DNA from: Vibrio vulnificus CMCP6
GTDB taxonomy: Bacteria > Pseudomonadota > Gammaproteobacteria > Enterobacterales > Vibrionaceae
DNA: 32,000 bases
Assembly: GCF_000039765.1 (NCBI RefSeq)
Contig: NC_004459.3
Location: forward strand, 570,001 to 602,000
Direction: 5' to 3'
The stretch's first letter is position 1. Each line of letters starts with the position of its first letter. The notes below the pieces were generated by a model that did no database searches, had not been told where the DNA came from, and was given only the letters and a program-made list of their open reading frames with translations. The translations under genes and the position numbers were made by a program. Below, in pieces: positions 21,971 to 32,000 of the stretch.

Positions 21971-23038
21971 TTATTTCTGTTCAGTTAGGGCGACAATCGC
22001 ATCCGCCACAACTTGGTCGGCATTATTTTGTGCTGCAGCTCGGGCGTGAAGCGCCATTGAGAGCAATGTATCTCGACCTAATTTTTGAATTTCTCCCGCG
22101 AGCTTATCCACCGTCAGTTGTGGCTGCTCAATCATCAGTGCGGCTCCGCACGCCACGAGATGATCTGCATTCAACGCTTGTTGACGATCTTTGTGCATAA
22201 ATGGGATAAAAATGGCCCCTACGCCAGCGGCAGAGACTTCCGATACGGTCAGAGCTCCAGAGCGACACACCAATAGGTCGGCCCAAGCGTATTGCGCAGC
22301 AACGTCATCAATGAACTCGCTCACCTCAACGTGCTCAACGCCCGCTTGTTGGTAGGCTAGACGCACTTCATCCGCACTGCCTTTACCCGCTTGATGGCGA
22401 ATCTCAAAACCAGACCCGAGTTGCGCCATCACTTGTGGCATGGTTTGATTGAGGATTCTGGCACCTTGGCTGCCACCCATCACTAAAATGCGTATTGCAC
22501 CTTCTCTGTCCTGCATTCTCTGCATGGGATCAGGAAGGGCAACGACATCTTCACGTACTGGATTACCTACGACTGGTGCATCTTTAAATGCCCCCGGGAA
22601 GGCTTGAAATACCTTTTTGGCGATTTTCGCTAGCCAGTGATTGGTTAACCCTGCCACCGCATTTTGCTCATGCAGGACCACTGGAATGCCAGATAGCCAA
22701 GCGGCAATACCACCAGGACCACTTACGTAGCCGCCCATCCCTAACACGGCATCCGGCTGCCAACGCTTAATGTGTGCCTTCGCTTGAAAAATAGCATTGA
22801 GGATTTGAAAAGGCGCCAAAACAAGGCGTTTGATGCCTTGGCCACGCAAACCTTTGACTTTAATGAAATCGATATCGATACCGTGCTTTGGCACCAACTC
22901 GGCTTCCATACGATCCGCGGTTCCGAGCCAACGGATTTCCCAGCCTTGTTGCTGTAATTTTTTCGCCACCGCCAAGCCAGGAAAAACGTGTCCACCTGTG
23001 CCTCCTGCCATGACCATTAATCTTTTATTCTTTTTCAT
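21971..23038 (-). CDS. murG: UDP-N-acetylglucosamine-N-acetylmuramyl-(pentapeptide) pyrophosphoryl-undecaprenol N-acetylglucosamine transferase
   Basis: [28 protein letters not shown]; ATG 23038 preferred, overlapping the ftsW end by 14 nt. Confidence 0.98.
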
Positions 23039-24224
23039 CTGTCTGTAAGTCTGTTTTATTGCCCATCGAGATAAGTCGGCATTCATGATCAATTCTCAGA
23101 AGAATCGATACAGCGATGGACATAATAATTAAACTCGAACCACCATAGCTGATCAGTGGTAACGTAAGACCTTTGGTAGGGACCATCCCCGCTGCTGCCC
23201 CTACATTAACTAGGGTTTGAAAAGCGAACCAGATACCAATACCAAAAGCGAGATATCCACCAAATTGCAATTGATGTTCAAACGCCTTTTTACCGATAAA
23301 CACCGCTTTGATCACTAGGCTAAAAATGAGTGCTAAGATCAGTACCACACCAATGAAACCAAGCTCTTCTGCCATAACGGCAAACACGAAGTCGGTGTGA
23401 GCTTCCGGCAAATACTCTAATTTTTGAATCGAGTTACCCAAACCTTGGCCAAACCATTCACCGCGACCAAACGCCATTAATGATTGAGTCAACTGATAGC
23501 CGCTACCAAATGGGTCTTCCCAAGGATCTAAGAAAGACGTCACACGTCTTACACGATACGGTTCGATGAGAATCAATCCTACAACCGCGGTAATCCCAGC
23601 AACCATCAACGCCAGAAACTGGCTCAATTTGGCTCCAGCGATAAAAAGCATGCCAAACAAGGTGACCAGCATAACAACAACCGTCCCCAAGTCGGGTTGC
23701 CCAAGTAGCAATAGCGCTAACGCGCCAAAAACCATAATGGGTTTCATGAAGCCACCAAAAAAGGTCGCTCTTACTTCATCCTGTTTACGAACCAAATAAC
23801 CGGACATGAAGATAAACAGTGCAAGCTTGGCCACTTCCGCTGGCTGTAGGTTAAAAAGCCCTAGAGGGATCCAGCGTGACGCGCCATTCACCGATTTACC
23901 CGCAATTAAAACCACGACCAGCAACGCAAATGCGATACCCAACAAATAGTGGCTATGGCTTTGCCATTTCTGTAGTGGGATTTGCAACACTACTGCGGAG
24001 GTGCCCAACGCCAAGCACAAAAAAGTGGCATGGCGGAACATAAAGTGAAAAGGCTGATCCGTCAGACGAGAGCTGATAGGAAAGGACGCCGATGTCACCA
24101 TCACCAGCCCCGTCAGCATTAAACACAATGCAATCCAAACCAACTGCCGATCAAACAAGGCGTCTGGTGGTGAGTGGCGAAACCAGCCGAACAAATTGTT
24201 TTTGATATTACCTACCATCACCAA
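23025..24224 (-). CDS. ftsW: Peptidoglycan glycosyltransferase / lipid II polymerase FtsW
   Basis: 399 aa SEDS protein; [27 protein letters not shown]. Track start 24224 is TTG; an in-frame ATG is at 24218. Confidence 0.98.
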
Positions 24225-24262
24225 ACATCGTGCCTTGTTAAAAATACGCGTTAGAGGTTGCG

Positions 24263-25591
24263 CTATGCATACTGGCGAGCCAATTCGGCGAATCGATCGC
24301 CTCGCGCCATAAAATTACTGAATTGGTCAAAACTAGCACATGCAGGGGAAAGCATCACCATATCTCCAGATTGTAATTGTGGAGATATATGTTCAATCAC
24401 ATCTTCCATCCGCTCAAAACGCGTGGCCGATGCGTGCAATGGCATAAATTGATCACCATCAGCACCAAAACAACATAGTTGGAGGTTTAGCTGCGCCAAA
24501 ATCGGCTTCAATGGTGAAAAGTCAGCCCCTTTGCCATCTCCACCCACCAGCAGGTAGAGTTTGCCAGCACAGTTAAGCCCCGATAAGGCAGCCTGTGTAC
24601 TAGCAAGATTTGTCGCTTTTGAATCATTGACCCACTTGATGCCACGATTATCTGCGACAACCTGACATCGGTGTGTCAAACCGGTGTAAGACTTCAAAGC
24701 GCTCAAGCCTTTACGGTAATCAATACCAGCGCACGTCAGCAGCGCCAAAACAACCAATACGTTTGCCACGTTGTGCTGACCGACTAATTTGAGTTCTCGG
24801 CTTGCCAAAATAGGTTGCTGGTTATATGACAACCAAGATTCCCCCTGATGACTTATGACACCAAACTCTTTGTCATCGGAGCCAAAAGTCACCAAAGCAA
24901 GTGATTGCTGGCCATGGGAAGTTTCAGGATAAGTCTGACGATCATCGCGATTCACGACTCCATGTTTTGCGTGCTGAAAGATGCGCAGTTTAGCTTGGCG
25001 ATAGTCATCCATGCCTTGGTAGCGATCCATGTGATCTTCAGAAAGATTCAGAAATGCCGCTGCAACCAAGTGGAGGCTGGAAGTCGTCTCTAATTGAAAA
25101 CTCGAGAGTTCAAGTACATAAAGCTCAACCTCTTGCTCCAACAAATCGAGTGCAGGAACACCAATGTTACCGCCAATTGCGCATTTCACCCCACAGGCGT
25201 TAGCCATGACTCCGGTTAAATCCGTGACGGTGCTTTTGCCATTTGAGCCAGTAATCGCGATGACGGGTTTATCTGCCGCCCAAGCGAACAACTCAATATC
25301 ACCCACCACAGCAACGCCGCGTGCTAACACCGTTTGAATTTGAGGCGTCGCTAAGGCAATACCTGGGTTTGTGACGACCAAATCGGCCTCAGCTAACCAA
25401 GCGTCATTCCAACTGCCGACATGCAGCGCAATGTCTGGAGGCAATTGTTCCACACCTGGAGGGGTTGGACGCGTATCAATCACTTTCACTTGCAACTGCG
25501 GCTGTGTTTTTCGCAAATGTCTAACGACGGAGAGCCCAGTAATACCGAGCCCTACCACGACAACCTGTTTGATGTCTTGCCAACGATCCAT
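24263..25591 (-). CDS. murD: UDP-N-acetylmuramoylalanine-D-glutamate ligase
   Basis: 442 aa; [29 protein letters not shown]. Confidence 0.99.
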
Positions 25592-25624
25592 ATTTCATTA
25601 CACCGTAAAAAGAGTGTCCGTCGA

Positions 25625-26707
25625 TTAACGCACTTTCAGTGTCGCTAGACCGATCAGAACCAACACCATAGAAATAATCCAGAAACGCACAATAACACGT
25701 GGCTCAGGCCAACCTTTCAACTCGTAGTGGTGGTGAATGGGTGCCATGCGGAAAATACGTTGGCCGCGCAACTTGTATGAACCGACCTGCAAAATCACTG
25801 ACAAGGTTTCCATGACAAAGACGCCACCCATGATGACCAAAACCAACTCTTGGCGTACAAGTACGGCAATCGTCCCCAATGCGCCACCCAGCGCGAGAGA
25901 ACCGACATCGCCCATAAAGACTTGTGCTGGGTAAGTGTTAAACCATAAGAAGCCCAAACCGGCACCAACGATGGCAGTACATACCACCACCAGTTCAGAG
26001 GCGTGGGGTAGATACGGGATGTGAAGATACTGAGAAAAATTGACGTTGCCAGTTGCCCAAGCAATCACGGCAAACCCTGCTGCCACCAAAACCGTTGGCA
26101 TGATCGCCAAACCGTCCAAACCGTCGGTTAGGTTCACCGCATTACTGGTACCGACAATCACAAAATAGGTCAGTACGATATACATCAGACCAAGTTGTGG
26201 CATAACGTCTTTAAAGAAAGGCACAACCAACTGAGTCGCGGCAGTATCCTTGCCATATGCGTATAGAGCAAAAGCCACAATCAACGCAATGGCTGACTGC
26301 CAAAAGTACTTCCAACGTGCGATCAAACCATCGGTATTCTTACGCACCACTTTGCGATAATCATCAACAAACCCGACCGCACCATAGCCCATCAAGACGG
26401 CCAGTACTGCCCAAACGTAAGGGTTGGATAAATTGGCCCACAGCAAAATGGTAATGGAAATAGCCGCGAGGATCATGACACCACCCATGGTTGGCGTGCC
26501 ACGTTTACTAAAATGAGACTCCGGGCCTTCGTTACGCACCACTTGACCAATTTGCAGCAACTGTAAGCGCTTAATGAGGCGAGGCCCCATCCAAAGCGAT
26601 AGCCCCAACGCGGTTAGAACACTTAAGATCGCGCGAAACGACAGGTATTCAAACAGTCGGAAAAAGGAAAAGTATGGCTGTAGCAGCTCGGCAAGCCAAA
26701 TAATCAT
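25625..26707 (-). CDS. mraY: Phospho-N-acetylmuramoyl-pentapeptide transferase
   Basis: 360 aa; [32 protein letters not shown]. Confidence 0.99.
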   Translation of the reverse strand: MIIWLAELLQPYFSFFRLFEYLSFRAILSVLTALGLSLWMGPRLIKRLQLLQIGQVVRNEGPESHFSKRGTPTMGGVMILAAISITILLWANLSNPYVWAVLAVLMGYGAVGFVDDYRKVVRKNTDGLIARWKYFWQSAIALIVAFALYAYGKDTAATQLVVPFFKDVMPQLGLMYIVLTYFVIVGTSNAVNLTDGLDGLAIMPTVLVAAGFAVIAWATGNVNFSQYLHIPYLPHASELVVVCTAIVGAGLGFLWFNTYPAQVFMGDVGSLALGGALGTIAVLVRQELVLVIMGGVFVMETLSVILQVGSYKLRGQRIFRMAPIHHHYELKGWPEPRVIVRFWIISMVLVLIGLATLKVR

Positions 26708-28065
26708 CGATAGTTCTCCTTCAAAGCAGCAGCCACTTTACTCATGCCAGCTGAGTTTGCGCCTTTGACCAACACGGTGTGACAGGCTTCATTTTCGTTG
26801 GCCAAATTCTGCTTGATGTATTCGATCAGTTCACCATGGTCTGAAAAATGTTTTCCACCACACAACTGGCTAATGATCCTTGTATCCTCGCCATAGGTAA
26901 GGACGTGTTCAAAATTTAATGGGGCAGCATGTTCACCGACTTGACGATGAAGTGCAAGACTTTCATTGCCCAATTCCGCCATATAACCTAAAACTAACCA
27001 ACGCTGTCCGGTAAAACTACCTAATAGGTCCACCGCCGCCTTCATAGCTGGCACACTGGCATTATAACTGTCATCAATCAGTTTGATGTTGTCGGATAAC
27101 TGTTGAACATCAACACGCCCTTTGACAGGCATCAAATTGAGCAATCCCGATTGGATTTGCGCTAAGCTGGCACCAAACTGCAAAGCAATGATGCTAGCGG
27201 CAATCGCATTGGCGACGTTATGTTGGCCAATGATACCAAGAGAAAGTGGAATGCGTTCTTCAGGCGTATGCAATACGAATGACGCTTTCCCTTGCGTATC
27301 CAGTACGATGTCTGTTGCGTAGAAATCGGCCTGCTCGGAGCTTGCCGAAAACGTCGTGACCTGTTTATCGGCCAGTACCTGTGTCCAGTACTCACCTCCA
27401 TGACTGTCTAGATTGACGATGGCCACGCCACCAGCAGACAAACCTTGGTAGATCTCCCCTTTCGCTTGTTTCACGCCATCAATCGAGCCAAACCCTTCAA
27501 GATGCGCCGCAGCCACGTTGTTCACCAACGCCACATCGGGCCGAACAAGCTGGGTGGTATAGGCAATTTCACCAATATGATTGGCGCCCAGTTCAATCAC
27601 CGCAAAATCATCTTCTGGCTCAGAGCGTAGCAACGTCAGAGGCGCGCCAATGTCATTGTTAAAATTACCTGCCGTGAACAGCACTTTGCCTTTTTGCTGC
27701 AGAATACTGGCCACCATCTCTTTCACCGTGGTTTTGCCGCAACTGCCCGTGATCGCCACGGTTGGAGTTTGGCAGCGCTGATGCACATTCGCTCCGAGCT
27801 GACCGAGTGCAATTTTCGTATCTTTGACCACTACTTGTGCAACGGGAAGATCCAGCGCTCGCTCCACCAACAATGCAATAGCACCTGCGTCCACCGCTTG
27901 CTGGCAAAAATCATGCGCATCAAAACGTTCACCGACGAGCGCAATAAATAACGCTTGCTGAGGGATATGACGCGTATCCGTTGAAACGGTACAAAAGATG
28001 GCGTCATCGCCAATCAGTTGTCCTTGCGTCAATTGCGCCAAATGACTCAGAGAGGTCTCAATCAT
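26704..28065 (-). CDS. murF: UDP-N-acetylmuramoyl-tripeptide-D-alanyl-D-alanine ligase
   Basis: 453 aa; [33 protein letters not shown]; ATGA overlap with mraY. Confidence 0.98.
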
Positions 28066-29531
28066 GATGAAATTCCTAGCAGTTGCTGCGCCGATTCACG
28101 ATCCGAGTAGTGAACCGTCTGGTGCTTGAGTACTTGATAATCTTCGTGGCCTTTGCCTGCCAACAAAATGATGTCATCCGCTTGTGCATTGTCGAGCGCG
28201 TATTGAAGCGCACTGAAGCGATCGTGCTCAACCACCGCACTGTCCGCACGGGTTAAGCCCGCCAGCATATCTTGCACAATCATGGTGGGGTCTTCACTGC
28301 GTGGGTTGTCGTCGGTAAGCACGACGTGATCGGCCAGACGCTCTGCAATCTCAGCCATCATTGGTCGCTTGCCTTTATCGCGATCACCACCACAGCCGAA
28401 AATCGCCCACAAATGACCGGTACAGTGAACACGCAGTGCTTGCAGCGCTTTCTCCAGCGCATCTGGGGTATGTGCATAATCGACCACCACTTTTGCTTTG
28501 CTGTTCACTTGAAACAGTTCCATACGTCCAAGTACTGGACGCAGGCTTGCGGCCGAATCCAATAAAGCTTGCTTATCAACGCCTAAGGCTAACAGTGTTG
28601 CCAACGCGAGCAGTAAGTTGGTGGCATTAAATTCACCAATCAATGGCGCGTGCAGACGCCCTTGGCCAAAACAGCCATCAAACTCAATCGTAATACCGCT
28701 TTCTGCGTAAGCTACCGAGCTGGCCCACAGTGCTTTTACACTTGCATCTTGTGGAAACAATGAAACGCCGACCCCTTGTTGCAGCTCTTGAAACCACTGC
28801 GCACCGACTTCGTCATCCAAATTGATGATTGCATGCTGGCACTGGTGCTCAGTAAACAGCGTCATTTTGGCTTTGGCATAGGCTTCCATCGTGCCGTGAT
28901 AATCCAAATGATCACGACTCAGATTGGTAAACACGCCAGCTGCAAACTGTAGCGCCTTAACGCGCCCCTGCACTAAGCCATGAGAAGAGACTTCCAACGC
29001 AGTTGCTTTTGCCCCTTGCTGCTGTAAGTCTGCCAACGTTTTTTGAATCTCAACCGCATTGCCCGTGGTATTGGCCGCAGGCTGTAAGGCATTGAGAAAA
29101 CCGTTGCCCGTCGTCCCCATCACCGCGGCTTTTTGCCCGGCTAACTCTAGCCATTGCGCAATCAATTGAGTGATGGTGGTTTTGCCATTGGTTCCTGTCA
29201 CACCAATTAATGACATCTCAGGATGTTGGTACAGGCGTCCCGCTAATTGCGACAGTTTTTCGTCCAGCTTCTCAAGATAGACAATCACCACGTTTTGCTG
29301 ATAGCGCACCAAGCCGGAAGGGTATTGCTGACAAGATTGAGCAATGACGGCATTTGCGCCCTGTTCTATTGCTTTCTCAATATACTGGCGGCCATCCACC
29401 ACGTGACCAACGATAGCGACAAAAGTATCGCCTTGTTTCACCTGACGACTGTCTAACTCCAGCGATTGGACGGTAATGTCCGCAAGCTCAGGACAATCTA
29501 GCCACGGCGCTAATAAATTTGTCAGATTCAT
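28062..29531 (-). CDS. murE: UDP-N-acetylmuramoyl-L-alanyl-D-glutamate-2,6-diaminopimelate ligase
   Basis: [29 protein letters not shown]; [24 protein letters not shown]; start shortened from the track because the upstream extension overlaps ftsI. Confidence 0.97.
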
Positions 29532-29574
29532 GGTATTTCGCATTTTGTTCTCCGAGCCACGCTCAGCCATAAAA

Positions 29575-31305
29575 CTAGTTCTGGAATGCATTTTCATCGG
29601 GTGCCACATTCAAAATTTGCAGCGCACCTTTCATAATTTCTGAAAAAACAGGGGAAGCAACGGAACCACCATAGTAATCATCCCCTTGTGGTTCATTGAC
29701 CACCACGACCAAAGCAATTCTCGGATCGCTAACTGGCGCAATCCCCGCCGTGTAGGTGATGTACTCATCGCTATACCCACCAGCCGTTGCTTTACGTGAT
29801 GTCCCCGTTTTCGCCCCAACCCGGTAACCCGGAACGGCCGCTCGTCTGGCTGAGCCGCCTTTTTGCGTCACGGTTTCAAGCATATTGAGCACTTCACGAG
29901 CGTGTTGTTTGGACACCACTTGCTTCGCCATATCACGGTCGTTGCTTTTGATGATGTGGATCGGCTCGTACATACCTTCATTGCCCAAGGTTGCGTAGGC
30001 ATGAGCCAATTGAATCGGAGTGATAGACAGACCGTACCCAAACGACAGCGTCGCTCTCTCAATCGGAGACCAACGCGAACGAGTAGGGAAAATACCGGTC
30101 ACTTCGCCAACAAGATTTAACCCAGAAGGCTCTCCAAGCCCAACCGAGTTATACATGCCGAGAATCGCTTCCACGGGCATTTCCATCGACAGTTTTGTCA
30201 CGCCGATATTACTGGATTTTTTGAGGATTTCGGTCAGGTCCGCTTTACCGACCTTACTCGTATCTCGTACTCGACTGCCACCGACTTGGAGAATGCCGTT
30301 GCCCGTGTCGATCACCGTGTCTTTGGTGGCAACGCCGTTTTCCAGCGCGGCAAGAATCACAAAAGGCTTCACCGTGGAGCCAGGCTCCAACGAATCGGTG
30401 ATGATGCGGTTACGCATCTTGTAGCTTTGCCAATCACTGCGATTGTTTGGGTTGTAAGAAGGCGCGTTGACCATCGCCAACACGGCGCCGGTTTTTACAT
30501 CCAACATCACTGCCGAACCAGAAGTCGCACGGTGATCGGCCACCGCCTGTTTGATGGCGCGATAAGCAATGGCTTGGAGACGCTGATCAATGGTGAGTTC
30601 AAGTGACTTGCCTTCTTGCCTGTCTTCATAGGCAATGTTTTCCACCACTCGGCCATAACGGTCTTTACGAATCGTCTGTTTACCCGCTTCACCAGTCAAC
30701 CAGTTATCGTAACTGCGTTCCACCCCTTCAAGGCCGTGACCATCGATACCCGTTACACCCACTAAATGAGCACTCACTTCACCAGCGGGATAATAGCGGC
30801 GCGATTCTGATTTCAGCCCCACGCCTGGAATTTTAAGCTCGCGTATGTAGTTCGCCATCGCGGGGCTCACTTGGCGCTGCAAGTAGATGAAGCGGCGGCT
30901 TTCATTGCGCTCGATACGTTCAATCAATTCTTCACGCTGCAGCCCCAACACATCGGCTAACGCATACCAACGCTGTTTGTTATCCAGCGCCTTTTCTTTG
31001 AAAATCGTCACCGGATCGGCCCAGACAGCTTCAACGGGAACACTGACCGCTAAAGGTTCACCATTGCGATCGGAGATGATACCTCGCGCGGACGGAAGGG
31101 CTTTCACACGGATAGAACGCAGATCCCCTTCACGAATAAGGTTGTCAGGCTCAATGACTTGAATAAATGCAAGACGAACAACAAGCGCAGCAAACGCGAG
31201 GAAAACAAATCCTAGGACTAAATGGAAACGCCAGCGGATAAGCAAAGATGTCCCTTGCTCACTCTCTTTGGGTTTGACGGTGGTTTTGCTCTTTTTACCC
31301 ATCAT
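29575..31305 (-). CDS. ftsI: Peptidoglycan D,D-transpeptidase FtsI (PBP3)
   Basis: 576 aa; [27 protein letters not shown] penicillin-binding motifs. Confidence 0.99.
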
Positions 31306-31619
31306 TTCAGATTAATCACCACTTCTTTGTCGCCATCTGGCCGTTTCATTTCGAGCTCTTTTTTCGCCATCTCTTGCACGCGACTGTGCTCAGCCAGTGC
31401 GGTCTCTTCCAACATCAGATTGCGCCACTCGTTATCCAAATGCTCACGCTCTTGCAGTGCTTCATCTTTTTGGGTGATCGCTTGACGGGTATGGTGGGTG
31501 GCAAAAACCACCGCCATCGCTGAGGCAAAGATCAGGACAAGCAAGATCAAAGGCGTTCGACCTACCGTCAGTAGGTCGAAGAAAATTTCTTTGGCGAGAT
31601 TTGGCTTGGCTTGACGCAT
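31302..31619 (-). CDS. ftsL: Cell division protein FtsL
   Basis: 105 aa, one N-terminal TM then coiled coil; between rsmH and ftsI, ATGA overlap with ftsI. Confidence 0.95.
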   Translation of the reverse strand: MRQAKPNLAKEIFFDLLTVGRTPLILLVLIFASAMAVVFATHHTRQAITQKDEALQEREHLDNEWRNLMLEETALAEHSRVQEMAKKELEMKRPDGDKEVVINLK

Positions 31620-31628
31620 AGGTTTAAA

Positions 31629-32000
31629 TTAAAGCTTTTCAGCAATTCTCAACACAGAGCTGCGTGAACGAGGATTCAGTTCAATTTCTTGCGCTGTTGG
31701 CATGATCGCTTTACCCACTGTTTTCATATTGGCACTGCCTAACGCTTTGATTTGCGCCTCGGTCAGAGGGATACCGTGAGGCACTTCAGGCCCTTTACTT
31801 TCTTTGCGCATAAAGCGTTTCACCATGCGGTCTTCCAAAGAGTGGAAGCTGATCACCGATAAGCGCCCTTCTGGTGCCAGAATACTCGCCGCTCCTTTCA
31901 GTGCGGTATCGATCTCTTCAAGCTCACTGTTGATGTAGATACGAAATGCTTGAAACGCACGAGTCGCTGGGTGTTTTTTCTCTTTAAAGCTTTTTGGCGC
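31629..32000 (-). CDS. rsmH: 16S rRNA (cytosine1402-N4)-methyltransferase, C-terminal part (5' end outside window)
   Basis: Frame open to the window edge: ...[61 protein letters not shown]..., the RsmH C-terminus. Confidence 0.96.
   Translation of the reverse strand, partial: APKSFKEKKHPATRAFQAFRIYINSELEEIDTALKGAASILAPEGRLSVISFHSLEDRMVKRFMRKESKGPEVPHGIPLTEAQIKALGSANMKTVGKAIMPTAQEIELNPRSRSSVLRIAEKL

Noticed and set aside
28272-28630. Overlapping + strand ORFs opposite murE
   Set aside because: murE is clearly intact; these frames have no domain or start-site support.
30020-30424. 134-aa + strand ORF opposite ftsI
   Set aside because: Antisense to the conserved transpeptidase and without independent evidence.

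Overview
This window looks like an ordinary chromosomal core region of a gamma-proteobacterium. Protein sequences and gene order suggest Vibrionaceae, but that is inference. Left part: the end of a DUF1499-like gene, then mtnN, a divergent CbiB/CobD-like gene, btuF and a TRIC/YadS-type channel gene (all +), a LysR regulator (+) converging on a TSUP transporter (-), and a small secreted hypothetical (+). Right part, mostly minus strand: carAB, dapB, mutT, secA, a dciA/DUF721 gene on +, lpxC, then the division and cell-wall cluster ftsZ-ftsA-ftsQ-murC-murG-ftsW-murD-mraY-murF-murE-ftsI-ftsL-rsmH (rsmH truncated by the window edge). I found no tRNA/rRNA genes, CRISPR arrays, transposases, phage genes, toxin-antitoxin pairs or defence genes, and no evidence of a novel multi-gene system. 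The better second looks are regulatory or comparative: a possible E. coli-like dual promoter with candidate ARG boxes upstream of carA, a strong candidate promoter in the murC-ftsQ gap where ddl would sit in E. coli, a CbiB-like protein with apparently altered motifs, the missing secM with dciA in its place, a 9-G tract in carB, and a few hairpins and overlaps.
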